Of a DNA stretch of 64,000 bases, positions 1-12,335 are shown one piece after another. This DNA comes from Psammoneis japonica (lineage: Eukaryota), in assembly GCA_008632985.1 (NCBI GenBank), contig QPGO01000059.1:1-64000 (forward strand). Reading direction: 5' to 3'. The first letter of the stretch is position 1, and each line of letters begins with the position of its first letter. Under the pieces are notes generated by a model. That model saw only the letters and a program-made list of their open reading frames with translations. It was not told where the DNA came from and did no database searches. The position numbers were made by a program, and so were the translations under genes.

Positions 1-620
1 GTTGAAGAGTGAAGAAACTGTGAGTGAAGTTTGGTTCAAGATTTGTTGGCAATGCCAAGTGGGCAACCAAAGAGAGGCGCCAAAAATGGCCATTCTCGCT
101 CATTCTCAAGAGGAGCTTGCGCTCATGATGCAGGGTCTGAAGCAAGCACCAGCCAAGACAACAGTTTTTCTCTCTGCCCCACTTAAAACACAGCCTTTGA
201 GTCAATGTGGTGCTCCTTCAACAACTCACGCACACTGGGAAGAGCAGCTGGAGCCAGGGCAGCTGGCCTGGCAGGGCTTGGCTGACACCCAAGCTGGGCT
301 GCTCAGCCTGGTGGCACACACTCAGTGCCACATTGTCACCCTCCTGCAACTGCAATGTGCCCCACTCTTTGCACCTGCAGCAACCACCCTGGATCAAAAG
401 AAGCCAGTGCAACTCTGGCCATGGTTGCATGGTCAATTGTGTGTGTGTGTTCAACGGTTGATTCCCCTCTTTTTTTCTCTTTTCCTTTAACCGGCCACGA
501 ACATGAAAAAATTGCCGAGAAAATGGCGAACGCTCGAAGATCGAAGACACGCCATCATGGAATGAGCACAGCCATCATCAGGCAATCACGCATCGCCTCA
601 ACATTCGGAGACAGCGTTTC
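1..620. other. TpA-depleted degenerate repeat-like DNA (end of an upstream repeat block)
   Basis: Almost no TA except in TTAA/TTTA contexts; ORFs are Cys/His-rich and lack Tyr; TA frequency recovers at ~620. Confidence 0.55.
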
Positions 621-679
621 TATAGTGTTGCTGCCAGTATCACCCATATGATATGTGGGCGTATTAGTTGTGCACTGCC

Positions 680-2092
680 ATGGTGTGCAGAGAAGCTCAG
701 TGCGACAGACAGCACTTCGCCACTCTGATCTTTTTCATATTCTGGAGCAGTGTCGCTTCTCTATCTTCAACCTCATTCTTGTTCACTGCCGTTCCTCCGT
801 CAACGAATCCTTCTTCGAAACTAAACCTTGCATGTCTGCAAGAAATAAGCGACAAGCTCCATGTTGTATCACCAGAACTGATGGACGGAAGAATTTGGTT
901 CTCAGCTTGTAGTGGGCAAAAAAACAGTTGTACGCCCCCTTTGCATACGTGGGGCAACCTGATTCGATCGGGAGTAAGATCGATTCGAATCGTAATTCTG
1001 GATACGTCATTTACGTCCGGTCGCGATACGGATATCCGCAAGGTTGAAGCATTGGTGGATAGCCTCATCGAAAAGATCAGGATCACTCGTGCCATTCGCC
1101 TCTATGAGCTGTTTGGCAACAAAGTGAACGATACTCCTTTTGTACATGTAGCTTGTCGAATCTATGCGGACTTTACGTTTAAATCTACCGTTAGCACGAG
1201 TGCCGTGACACGAGAACTTGCCCTGCGATTGGGACTCAAGTATGAAAACTGGAGCATGACACAAAAAGCGCGTGACGCACAACTACGATTACATCTTTTA
1301 CTTCACCAAGGCAATCGTGCCACTTTGGAACTTGTTGCATTGGTACCTTCCAATGTGGTTGGAGAATTACCCCATCCAGGCTTTAAACGCGTCGAATCGT
1401 GGGCTGTGGCCAAGTCCGCAGATATTCAGCCCGGCGATGTAGTCTTGGATCCAATGTGTGGTAGAGCTTCCTTTCTGGTGGAGGCAGCCACCTTTTGGCC
1501 AAAGGCAAGTTATGTTGGTATTGATCAGTCCGAAAAGCAATTGGTTAAAGCTCGACAAAACATTGAGAGCGCTAAAGTTCACGTCGAGTTGCACCAGGGC
1601 GACTCGACGAGTGAATTGCTACAATTCAAAGACGAGTCAGTAGACAAGATTATTTCGTGTCCGCCCTTTGGTCGTCAATACAAGATGAGCACAAATGCCA
1701 GCGACTTTTACAACAACATGATTCGAGCATGGAGTCGATTGCTAATAACTCGGGGCGGAAAGATGGTCTTGGTGATTGATTTGGGTAATCTTGAGGCGCT
1801 TACTCGTGCTCTCAACAAGAATGGATGCAAGGTGGATAGTCTAAGAGATTTTCGACTCGGCAAACTGACAGCAACCCTTGTGATTGCAACAAAGGGTGGT
1901 GATGTTGGACAGACTCCGGAGCATATCTTGCATGAGAAATCAGGCCTGCTTGAGTGGGAAAAAGAGCTCCTGCTGAGCACAGACGACGACTTTGATTATC
2001 GCAAACTGCGAGGTCGGATCTTGTGGAGCCAAGCACGCACAAATTGTCTCCCATCATTGGTGCCGGTCAATCCATCTTTTGGTAGAGCATAG
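680..2092 (+). CDS. SAM-dependent RNA (guanine-N2)-methyltransferase, THUMPD2/3-Trm14 (UPF0020)-like
   Basis: Motifs VVLDPMCGRASFLVEAA, YVGID, HQGD, DKIISCPPFG; first ATG at 680, true start uncertain. Confidence 0.75.
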   Translation: MVCREAQCDRQHFATLIFFIFWSSVASLSSTSFLFTAVPPSTNPSSKLNLACLQEISDKLHVVSPELMDGRIWFSACSGQKNSCTPPLHTWGNLIRSGVRSIRIVILDTSFTSGRDTDIRKVEALVDSLIEKIRITRAIRLYELFGNKVNDTPFVHVACRIYADFTFKSTVSTSAVTRELALRLGLKYENWSMTQKARDAQLRLHLLLHQGNRATLELVALVPSNVVGELPHPGFKRVESWAVAKSADIQPGDVVLDPMCGRASFLVEAATFWPKASYVGIDQSEKQLVKARQNIESAKVHVELHQGDSTSELLQFKDESVDKIISCPPFGRQYKMSTNASDFYNNMIRAWSRLLITRGGKMVLVIDLGNLEALTRALNKNGCKVDSLRDFRLGKLTATLVIATKGGDVGQTPEHILHEKSGLLEWEKELLLSTDDDFDYRKLRGRILWSQARTNCLPSLVPVNPSFGRA

Positions 2093-2714
2093 CATAGCTG
2101 CATACGCTCCGGTTGTGCCTGCTACATCAGACAGTGCCGTCTGTGTGCGATTTAGATGGGACAAGACAGAAGATGACCACGATGCTTTACTGTTCCTGGT
2201 AAAGGCTTTGTCAGAACTAGAAAGAGAGAGAACGGACTGCGCTTCCCGTCCAAAATTGGCATCCGCCAGATGGCATGCTTCTGTTCAGGTTTCCCACCAG
2301 GCATTACAGTAGGTGCGGGTACGCAAGAGGTAAGCTGTTGAGGATAGATCAGGATTCGATTGATTTATAGTAAAGTAGAAGCTTCTTTCCCGCCCCAACT
2401 CTTTCTTCAGTGCGAGTTGTTACTTGCCACTTGCCACTCTACCGGGCTGAGAAATGTCTACTATTATACTCTCTAATAGGAGAGAGCATAGGGCCCTCTA
2501 CTGTACAGTAGCTCTGGTAGCTAGTAGGCGCAGACGTTTTTATCGTCGCGAGAAAGAACGATGCGACCCAGCCGCAGACCCGAAGCGTTATTGCGCGAGA
2601 CGCGATCGAGACGCGAGACGGCATAACGTTCAATGCACCTTCGAGAAAGCAGCTACCATACATAACCTAAACACCGTCAAGAAGGACATCTATACCGGTA
2701 GCCAAAAACGGACG

Positions 2715-4151
2715 ATGTTAGCAAATATGTGCTCTTCTGTATTCTCATGTACTTTTCTGGTTGGGTTATGTTCGTCCGGTATGAGTCACGCCTTTGTTAC
2801 AAACAGGAATGTGGTGAGAACACCAGCATTCGCTGCAATCAAAACGCATCGAATGAGCTCCCTCTTTAGTGGATGGGACAATGACGACTTTCTCGAATCT
2901 CTAAGCTCCGGCAACACAGCTCAAGGCAATACGGAAGAAGTACCACAACAGCAGCAAGCGACGACAACTACGTTCCAGCAACGTCCTCCGCCTCCTCGAC
3001 CTCCACAGAATATCGACGCACCCTTACCTCCAGGATGGACTGAGCATTTTGACCCTACTTCACAGCAGCTGTACTTTCATAATGCTCAGGATGGAACGAC
3101 CACTTGGCAGAGGCCAATATCAGCAAGTAAACGGCCGCCTCCTCCGCCGCCGCTGCCACCACCACCACCAAACGACGCACCCCTGCCTGCGGGCTGGACG
3201 GAGCATCTCGACCCTGCTTCGCAACAGATGTACTATTATAATAATCAGGATGGAACGACCACATGGCAAAGGCCGTTATCGGCAGAGCGCCGCCCGACGG
3301 ACACATTAACTCAAAGTTTTTCAAGTAGCAACAACGGTTTATACCGCACAAGTACGTTTGATGAAAGTCCCAGCAATCCAGTCCTTACCGCGCCGGATCC
3401 ACTTGTGTCGGCAGAGGAACCAGACACTGATGAACAGCAAGATGATGTGTTGCCTGATGATGACATTGAAGGTGCCCAGCTGACGGACGAAATGAAGGAG
3501 AAAATGAAGGCAAGTCACACTCCCGAGGAAGACGCCTCGCAGGGAGGTGAAAAGTTTCGTCTCTTGATGGAACGAGCCAAGCAACAACAGCCACGACAAC
3601 AACTTTCCCGTCCTCAACCGGTCTCAGCCGCCACCAACAGTATCCAACTTCCTCCCAATGCCTTGCAATTGCCAATTGAAGAGCAAGCTCGACTCTATCG
3701 CGAACTTCTTTGGCGGCAAGAGCATCCAGATGCAGCCACTCAGGAACGGCCGCCTCCTACCTATTTAGGAGAAGCCGTGGGCATTGATGGACGCAAGATT
3801 GGTCGTAATCGAGAGGCTGAAGTGATTGCCAACCAGTCCGATGTTTACATGGCCAAACTCAAACGAGACTCTACTGTGCGCAATTTTGCACGCTATGCCG
3901 GAAACGATGCCCAAGCCAATGCTGTTTTTGCCGATCCGTCCATTCCTGACATTGCTGCTCCGGAAGAAAATCCATACAGGAAAGAACAAAGAGAACGGGA
4001 GCGTGATGCGTTGGAGACGGTGCCAGAGGAAATGTTGCTCTTTCAAGAATACAACGACCGCCCCAACGAGGCGCCACGGAAGGTTGTCTCTTACAGGGAC
4101 AAACTGGCGGAGAAAAAGGCAATGCGATCGTCTCGTCGACAACAAGACTGA
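2715..4151 (+). CDS. Protein with two WW domains and proline-rich linkers; probable signal + transit peptide
   Basis: LPPGWTEHFDPTSQQLYFHNAQDGTTTWQRP and LPAGWTEHLDPASQQMYYYNNQDGTTTWQRP; hydrophobic leader ending SHA-FVT (ASAFAP-like) followed by an R/S/T-rich stretch. Confidence 0.8.
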   Translation: MLANMCSSVFSCTFLVGLCSSGMSHAFVTNRNVVRTPAFAAIKTHRMSSLFSGWDNDDFLESLSSGNTAQGNTEEVPQQQQATTTTFQQRPPPPRPPQNIDAPLPPGWTEHFDPTSQQLYFHNAQDGTTTWQRPISASKRPPPPPPLPPPPPNDAPLPAGWTEHLDPASQQMYYYNNQDGTTTWQRPLSAERRPTDTLTQSFSSSNNGLYRTSTFDESPSNPVLTAPDPLVSAEEPDTDEQQDDVLPDDDIEGAQLTDEMKEKMKASHTPEEDASQGGEKFRLLMERAKQQQPRQQLSRPQPVSAATNSIQLPPNALQLPIEEQARLYRELLWRQEHPDAATQERPPPTYLGEAVGIDGRKIGRNREAEVIANQSDVYMAKLKRDSTVRNFARYAGNDAQANAVFADPSIPDIAAPEENPYRKEQRERERDALETVPEEMLLFQEYNDRPNEAPRKVVSYRDKLAEKKAMRSSRRQQD

Positions 4152-4806
4152 TTGACGATTCTGCCTTTTCATCTGTTTTCACACCCCCGAGTTAAGGATT
4201 GGGGATTGAGATGACGTAGTCTAGATAGAGAGAAGGGTCCGAGGCCGAACAGTTGATGTCCGACACGGAATCATTATGATGGGTCGCTAAACTAGATTCG
4301 AATGCTAAGTTATTGCTTGATTGTTACACAAGAGTTCCTTCTTCATAATATCATGACTTTCGGTTGGAAGGTGTTACTTGTACTTTCTCAACTATCTAGC
4401 TGCGACTCACTGTGATCTCCTGCTAGAGTCTCAATCATCCACCTTTGATTCAAGAAAAGCCGCCGGGACACAAGGTAACTGTTCGGCACTCTATTACGGA
4501 AAGCAAACTCTCCAGAGAAAAGGAGAATCTACTTTCCCACCCAAAATCTTCCTTCTTCACTGTATGAGACCAAGCATGGAAGCGTCTCACATTCGACGCT
4601 TCTGCTGCTTCAAAATCGGTATATCTTCCTGGACGCGTCTCGGGTATCAAGAAGGTTTAATGATTCTTGCTGAAGAGCTAAGCGGGACTAAGTAATACGT
4701 ATTATTTTAATTACCAATGAACTGATTCTGCTTTTAGTGAGAAACAGAAAGCAGCTCTATCCTACAAACTTTGAAGCGTCTTCCGTTTACTCGTAACGAC
4801 ACAAAG

Positions 4807-6321
4807 TCATCCCCATTTTCGACGATCTTGACTACCCCAATCTCTGTGGGAGATGCTTTCATATTTGTGGGAAAACCGTTCAATACAATTTTTAAGGCAC
4901 GACTTGCACTCCTCTTTAATATCGACATCTTCCCACCAGTAGTATCCGTACCGTCCAATGACGGCTTTGTACCACTCTCGATTCCAGATGTTGCATGCCA
5001 AGCAATGTGCGTACGGAACAGCGTCCACTTCTTGAATAGGACAAGAAGAGGATGAAACAATTAACGGAGCCATTGCATCTTCGAACGTACCCAGCTGGAT
5101 GTGAAGAGCGCCAAATAGGTTACCTCGCTTGATCGCCTCCAACTTTTCATCATCAATTCTCTTGACAACCTCCTTTTCATCAGGAAAATGCTCTACGCAG
5201 TATTCCCGTATCGCTCGCTCAATATCATCATCGAGAGAAAGAAACGAGAAATCGTGATAGTGGGATGCATAAATCGTTTCAAAGTCAGCCGTAATGTCCA
5301 AGGCAGCATCTTCTAGAGCTCCTTTTTTTGCTTTGCTCAAATGTGATAGAAAGTCTCTCATCTTTGAATTGACAAATCTACATTCAAAGGCAATCAATGG
5401 TACCTGAATCCCGTGCATGGGATAGGGAAGAATGCCATGATGGGCAAGTGCAATGTCTTTCCAAGCTTCTTCTGGAAGCAAACGAGACAGCTCGCTCACG
5501 ACATCTTGTGTTTGCGCTCGGCGTCTTTCGAGCACTTGAGCAAGACGCTGCTTCTTCTGCACTTCACGGACTTTTTCTAGGTACATACGACGCTCTCGAG
5601 AAGCAGCCTCCGACTCTCGGAAGGCCCGAATCACCTCGTCGGCGTCACTTGCATGTGGATCTGCACGATCTCTTTCCTTCAGCAGGTTTTTGAAGGATTC
5701 AGCATTCCAATCCTCCTTTGTGAGAATGGGACCGGCGTGAGCACCAGTGAATCATAATAAGGCTCTCTCCACAAGTGAGTATACCGGCCAAGATCATGAG
5801 TGGCTGTTCGTGACTGGTGCAAAATTGGCGCCCATTATACTGTTCGAACTTGGTCAATTCGCGGTCTAATGACACGTGAGAGACACTTTTGACACAACAA
5901 CACTCCATAGGCCATTCGACGGTAATCAGGGGGCGTAGTGCATCCCTCTCTTTCACAATGTTTCGCAGTCACCATTCGAAGCAGCCGCTGAGGAGATGGA
6001 ATGTAGATTTGGCGCTTTCTGACGAGTTTATACACTCTTCTTCATGGTTTCGTACGCTCGGTCGCCATGAAACATTGCTGCACGAACGACATGCTTGTAC
6101 TCGAGACTAGATCGTAGCGTCTTGTTACAAAATGTGAGGAGACGAAGTCCCTCGATATCAAGGAATGGCAAAATGAGCAAAATCAAGTCCTCATTCAGAA
6201 AGACATCATCGCTGGACAATAATAAGGGAAGATCTCGCTTTTGCTTCTTGCGACTGCCATCGCTTTCGTCGTCTTTCAAGCGAATCCGCTTCTTGCTTCT
6301 AAGGACTCTTTTGGGAGGCAT
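4807..6321 (-). pseudogene. Frameshifted F-box-like hypothetical protein (pseudogene or assembly indels)
   Basis: 6321-6028 has a basic N-terminus and F-box-like VFLNEDLILLILPFLDIEGLRLLTFCNK; reading continues in another frame (YKLVRKRQIYIPSPQRLLRMVTAKHCE..CQKC) and then into the 275-aa ORF 5634-4807. Confidence 0.5.
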
Positions 6322-6727
6322 GGTACCTTCAGGACTGTTCGTTTTGTGTTACTTCTATTTCTCTTCGTGCAATGTGCTTGGGTTCGCATTCCCCGGGTTG
6401 TCACGGAACTTCACTCATTTTGGAAAAAGTTGCGCGAAGAATTGCACGACAGCATCATATTTCAATATTAATGTATGAAGGAATGTATTTTGCATTTTTC
6501 TGCGCCAAGTTTGACCGATTCCGCGGAGGAGGAATCCACAGTAGTATGAACATGTTGCGGTCGCACATTCGAATTCCATTGGACGCCTCCAAAAAGTACC
6601 GACAGGGCTCTCAACAAGAAGACATTCTTCTTGATGTGTACTTTGTTTTCTCGAGAAAGCATCAATTGACGTTTCGAGACAAAGGAACACATCAGTTTCA
6701 ATTCACAATAGAAGCAGCATATTTCGA

Positions 6728-7522
6728 ATGAGAGCTGTTCTGGTCGTGACAGAGGCGTTCTTTCTCTTGATTTGTTTTTTACAGACTACAAACTTTGTTG
6801 AATCGTCAGGACCAACAAACGCCGGGCAACAGCCAGCAAGAGGTATTATTCGCAAACTGTTGAGCAGACTCCGAAAATCAAAGAACAGTGACATGGGACA
6901 AGCTGTGAGAATGATGAAATACGATCGAGCAGGAAATCTTGCAAACGCACTACCTGCGTTGGAGTTTCAGGGAAATCAGCTGTCGTGGCATCGTTTGGAC
7001 GATGGCGTAATGGGCGGCAAAAGTGAGACGGTCCACGAGAACGAGAATGGTCTTCACTTTTGCGGTACAATCAATACAAATGGCGGTGGATTTGCATCGA
7101 TTCGTGCTCCTATATTAGGTGGCTTGGCGAGCAACACGGAGGCTATCCGACTCCGGTTTCGTGGTGACGGCAAGACATATAAACTGTTGCTTTCCAATGG
7201 CAACGCGTCGCCGTTTTCGGGAAGTCCATCGTGGCAAGCCGATATTCCTACTGAAAAGCGAAACGAAGGCGAAGAAATGCAACAGATGACTATTCCACTC
7301 AAAGACCTGTCCCCATCCTTTGGTGGAAGAGCCGCGTCTCGACCTTCCAAGGATGAAATGAGTAAATACAATTTTGATCCCGTGGAAATGTCTCAGTTGG
7401 GACTCATGTTGTCGCTCAAACTCAGCGATGGTAGTCCAAACCCAAAGGAGACGTTTGGTGAAGGTATATTTCCTTTCTCGCTTCTTGTAGAGTCGATTGA
7501 ACCTGTAATGGCCAAGGAGTAA
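6728..7522 (+). CDS. CIA30/NDUFAF1-family (complex I intermediate-associated protein 30) domain protein with hydrophobic N-terminal leader
   Basis: WHRLDDGVMGGKS, GTINTNGGGFASIR, LRFRGDGKTYKL motifs. Confidence 0.85.
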   Translation: MRAVLVVTEAFFLLICFLQTTNFVESSGPTNAGQQPARGIIRKLLSRLRKSKNSDMGQAVRMMKYDRAGNLANALPALEFQGNQLSWHRLDDGVMGGKSETVHENENGLHFCGTINTNGGGFASIRAPILGGLASNTEAIRLRFRGDGKTYKLLLSNGNASPFSGSPSWQADIPTEKRNEGEEMQQMTIPLKDLSPSFGGRAASRPSKDEMSKYNFDPVEMSQLGLMLSLKLSDGSPNPKETFGEGIFPFSLLVESIEPVMAKE

Positions 7523-8255
7523 ATTTGGGTGAACTATTGTGCTAATAAGAAAAGCCGTGGCCGTGCTGAAAGCTATTTGGCTCTAGTATTCAGCATACGA
7601 CAGAAGCAGCACGACTATCTTGACAGTTGAAGTCGACCAGGGTACGAAGCTCTCTAAATATTTGTTTTTGACGATAGACTAAGAGTCCTGTTACAATAAA
7701 GTAACTACATGCTGTACTACGCTCTCTCTCTCGCTCTAGAGAGTGATAGGAGACGCTCGCAAACTACCTGGTACTCTCTGATGTTAGTCAGTAATCTGTA
7801 GAGAAAGAACGCGATAATTTGTCTCTAGCTAGAGTTAGGGCCCTACTACTATGGTACTCTAGCTACGGTCAAGACAACAGTTTCCTATCCTTCACCTTTT
7901 TAATGAGCACTCCGTCCTTCATTCCCCCCGCCCTGTGACACAAAACTGAAGATGAGGACCACGTCAGCATCAAATATCACACGATTTGCACTGACGTAGT
8001 TTGGTGCGTTGATTTCGTCCACTCCGATTGGTTCTCATTTTGTCCATACTTTTCTAAAACCATGTAGACATAACATAATTTCCGTCGAACGTCGACGAAT
8101 GAAAAAACGCGAATGCATTCTCGGGGTTCGCAACCAGCTGGCGAACACGTCGTTGCATCCGATCACAAAATCTCCAGAGTCACCTCAAACAGCCGACACA
8201 AACACAACATCGCTTATTTTCCCACAACTCAAAAAGCAATCAATATACATCCACA

Positions 8256-8507
8256 ATGGCACTCCGTCAAGCCCTTAGCAAAGTTATCGTTCCCAACTTG
8301 GAACGTGATTTGAGCCGCAACATTGGAAAGGAAGTTTCGGCCATGAGCGACATGGTTGAGAATCTATTGGCACCTCAAGTCTTTGGATACGAGAAACCTT
8401 CGGCGAGTCGAATCTATGGAGGAACTCCTCCTCTTGCCGGTCCCGCTGGAAGCGAACGATTAGTCAAGACTGTATATCCTCTCAAGGCACACGGATTGTT
8501 CGATTAG
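8256..8507 (+). CDS. Small hypothetical protein (83 aa), possibly mitochondrial
   Basis: ATG in ACA-ATG-G context after an A/C-rich leader; natural composition; MALRQALSK N-terminus. Confidence 0.55.
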   Translation: MALRQALSKVIVPNLERDLSRNIGKEVSAMSDMVENLLAPQVFGYEKPSASRIYGGTPPLAGPAGSERLVKTVYPLKAHGLFD

Positions 8508-9034
8508 ACATGCCCTCGGGGCGTGTGGGGCATGCTACTATGAAATCGCTTCTAGTAGGTTAGAACGAATTCATCTTCCAAGGATCTCTCTGAGAGGACA
8601 TTGGGTAGTGCTTGCGTTTTATCTACCGAGGGAGCTGCCTGATGTTTCTTTCAGCGGCATTCTTGATCGAGCCGTCTTTCAGCGATTTCATCATTATATT
8701 TATTAGACAACAAAGAGCAACGTAAAATAGCATAGCGTTTCTTCATGAAGCTCGTTCCATTTCGAATTATCTGCTAAGTTTCCTTTACTTGTGTGAAATC
8801 ACGGTTAATGCATGTTGTGGTTAGGGACTAAGAGACGTGGTTGCAATCGAGGGGTGATAATGTTGCGTTGCGAACCACTCATTTTCATCGGCATGCAGTT
8901 AAAAACAAGACTCACGCGATTCGGGTTCAACCTTCTCCTTGTGATGCACGAATGCTGTATGTGTGCTCAGCTCGTCCTATCTCACCAGTTGGAGATTCTG
9001 CAGCGAAGACAAATCAAACTTCATCATCTTCTAG

Positions 9035-9414
9035 ACAAGAATAATAGAGTCAACTAACAGCTGCTGCTACAGAAAGAACTTACCGGTAACCTTTTCTGGA
9101 TAAGCTACATCCTTGCCTCGCACTCTCTAGAGGGATAATACAAGCCTCACACCTTGCGTTTTTCACTTGCACGATACGTCTACTCTTTTTTCTGTTGTCG
9201 GTTGGGCATGTTGCGGCCCAACAAACTCTAGTTGCTACTAGAGAGGGAAAAAACGAACTTATCCTTTTAGTAGAATAATAGAGTCAGGTAATAGCTGCTA
9301 CTAGAGAAAGAGCTCAGCCTTTTGTAGACAAGCTACACCCTTGCCTCGCACCTTGCGCTGTTTTCCTTGCACGATACGTTCTTAGGTTTTCTTTACTAGA
9401 GAGAAATTACGAAC
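9035..9414 (-). repeat. Degenerate tandem copies of the 3' end of the NOP53-like gene
   Basis: gctacatccttgcctcgcac, cttgcacgatacgt and ctgttgtcggttgg blocks recur at ~9104, 9150-9230 and 9330-9380, matching 9415-9530. Confidence 0.75.
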
Positions 9415-10604
9415 TTACCCTTTTAGTAGATACGCTACATCCTTGCCTCGCACTTTTCGCTTCTTGCCTTGAACGATACGTCTACCCTTCTTCTGTTGTC
9501 GGTTGGCCATGTTACGGTCCACCAAACTCTCCATACGATCGGTAATCAAGCTCCCCTTGGACGAATCCGTCTTATGCTGCCGTCCACTTCCTCTGTGAGA
9601 GCGACAGGCAAGGTCGGTGCGTTTATTGGATCCTTTTCAAAACGCTTTTGAATCAAGTCTTTTCCCAGCACCTCTTTTTCCTTTGTCTGCTGTTTGAGCG
9701 TTTGAACCATTTCCTTGCGGAGTTGCAACTCTCGTTCATGCTTGGTCAGTTCCTTGTTGTGCTTTTTGATTTCCGACAGCTCGTTTAAAAACTGTTTCGC
9801 TCGCTTCTTCTTTTGCAGCTCCTCCTCTTGTGCCCGGATTCGCTTTTGACGATTACGAACCGCTCTAGTCTTTTTCTCTTTTTTCTTCTTGATTTGAATG
9901 GATGCATCATTCTTGTCATCCTCTTCCTCATCGCTGCTGCTCTCTTCGTCCGATGATCCCACCAAAAGGGCACGCGTCGTCTTGTCTAGCCCAGTACTAA
10001 TGGGAGCCTTGCTATCATCGTGTGCCTGCTGCCGTTTCAGTTCCAAAGCCAAGGCTTCTCCAATGACATCTTGATGCTGAGCCTCATCCGGGCGATAGGA
10101 TTGTCCTCCATGCGCCACTTGCACAGCAATGGTTGTTTTCAAAGGCTTTTGGTGGGGAGCACCCTTTTTCGACGATCTGACAGGCAGAGGGGCGGTTCCA
10201 GCCAAGGAAGAACCAATTCCACAGTCCGGTACAGCCGTCTGATCATTGTCTGATCCCTCTGTCGTCCATAAATCAAAAGGAGAGTCCTTCTTTCGCTTGT
10301 TGGGCTGTTTCTTTGCTGCTAATTTCTTCAATTCGTCGGCATTGTGGGTTTTCAAGAGCTTGTTGACTTTTTGCTGATCCTTCTCTGACAAACCCGTTGG
10401 TTTCTTGCGCTTCGTTTTCACCTTGACTATTTCAGCAATGGTTTCTTCATTATCAATGGTAAATAGCTCTTCGTTTGACTTTTTGGTAATACGAGAGCCT
10501 TCGGCTTGGATTGCAACTTCTTCTGCAAGTTGTTCCTGCAAAGCATCTGTGCGTTTCTTGGTCCGAAGCGCCGCTCCTGTTCTCTTTCTATTCTTTTTAC
10601 CCAT
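9415..10604 (-). CDS. NOP53: Ribosome biogenesis protein NOP53/GLTSCR2-like (1-bp frameshift near 9555)
   Basis: ELFTID, HGGQSYRPDEAQHQD, KKTRAVRNRQKR, LTEEVDGSIRRIRP; the C-terminus GSLITDRMESLVDRNM...LLKG* continues in the adjacent frame to a stop at 9415-9417. Confidence 0.85.
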
Positions 10605-11055
10605 ATTATTACAAATTGTATATAACTAACTGCTTTACGGTGTTTGGCGACTATTATCCACTCTGACTTTACGGCTGCAGCTTCTCTCGCTATCGCCTCG
10701 TCAACAAACTCTATCTTTTCGCAGAACAAAAGCCTGAAATTGTGAGGAGAAGAAATGGTTGGCTCGCAGATCATGCGAGATCGAAATTACTCGATGTTTC
10801 CATGCTAGCATGTCGAAATTTTTAGCTTTATTGGAAGCAAAGTGAATTGGATTGCATCCAATGCGTACTGTTTCACGTACAATTCTACAGAATTTTGGAA
10901 TTTTTGACCGACGCCGGACGCCGCATCATTTCACACCAACACTTAAAAGCACTGTAACAAAGACAAAAGCAGCGGCACACAACGTGTTGCAGAGGGTAGC
11001 AGCAGGAAGCCACCCAGCAAGCACAAGACGTATACAAGTACATCCTATCACTGTC

Positions 11056-12335
11056 ATGTCTGATTTGGGTTCCACGTTGCGCCGGACGGACATGACCGCC
11101 CCGGGTATTCAACAGAGCGCCGCAGCCATGATGGCATACTACGACCGGTCTCCCCAAGTCGCGGTGACAGAGTGGCGCAACGTCTTGCACAATTGCCGTG
11201 ACGATCAACGGCTTCCTTTGCTCTATGTCGCAAATGAAGTGCTACAAAACTCCAAACGCAATCGCGGGAACAAATTTCTGGAAGCCTTTTCTCCGATTCT
11301 GGGACAGGCGCTTGTGTTTATCTGTAAGGAGGATCCGACTCTGACGGAAAAAGTGCGACGCACAGCGAAAATCTGGGGAGACCGACGGGTGTTTAGTATA
11401 AGATTTGTCAATGAATTGTTAAAAGGCATTGAAGAGTATCGCAACAGTCGCTTTTCCCCAACGCCGGACGAGCCCCCGCAATCTCCGGTCAAACCACGGC
11501 CGAAACTGCATCAGTCGTCTCCCAAGCCCCGTGTTAAACCCGTTCTTCCCCCCATTGACGAACATTCCGGAGACGACGAAGAAGGAGGCTTTCTTGGTGA
11601 CTTTGAAACGCCTTCTCAGCATTTGGATATTGCTGTTCCGGTTGTAGCTGCTGTGGCTCCCCCATCGAGCACTAGCAAACGGTTGAAACGACGCAGCAGC
11701 TCCACATCGTCTCCCAGCAATGTCGAAGGAACCAAAAAGAAGCGACGCAAGTCGGTCTTGAGCACGGGAAGCTTGATGGATCTTTGGAATCAAACGTCTC
11801 CTTGCAGCAATCGTATGATGGCAGCATGGCGGCTCTTGCTCTCATTACTCCGCAACATTTGAGTACCGACCCCGGTTTGGTGGAGATGTTGGTGGGAGAT
11901 GAATTGATGGAGCAGCACAAGGCCGTTGTCAAATATCAGGAAACGATTGAAAAGCAACGCAAAGTCCTTCATGACGTGGCGTCACGTCGTCACGACTTGG
12001 AACAGGAGGCTGTTGCGTACATACCGTGGCTGAGGACCGCCATGAAACAAGACGTGGACGACGCCAAGTTTTGCAAGGAGCTGAAAGAGCAATCGCTCCT
12101 TCTCAAGGCGGTTCACGCGCGAGTCAAGGCCAAGAGACAGGCGCAGCGTGAAAAAGAAATGATGGAAAAGGAGAAACGACAACAGGCTCTTGCTAAAAAG
12201 AAGCAAGAAGAGGAGAGGAGGTTGGCGTTGGAAAAGGCCATGTCTGTTCAGACAGAAGCCAAAGAGGGGGAAGTATGGAATCCAGCGACCAGAGAGTTTC
12301 AAAAGCTTGATACTGAGGAGTCGTGGAGGGACTAG
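11056..12335 (+). CDS. RNA Pol II CTD-interacting domain (CID) protein, RPRD1/Rtt103-like, with C-terminal coiled coil (frameshift ~11790)
   Basis: RLPLLYVANEVLQNSKR...KVRRTAKIWGDRRVF is a CID signature; ORF 11784-12335 overlaps and continues it. Confidence 0.8.

Noticed and set aside
680..2092. Methyltransferase as the cause of the TA mutation
   Set aside because: Motifs fit THUMP-family RNA m2G methyltransferases; nothing links it to DNA
2454..2714. Upstream ORF extensions (also 10852, 39119, 61928)
   Set aside because: Promoter-like or non-ATG sequence; downstream ATGs fit the protein features better
9540..9560. Programmed ribosomal frameshift in NOP53
   Set aside because: No clear slippery heptamer or structure, and similar indels in other genes favour sequence error
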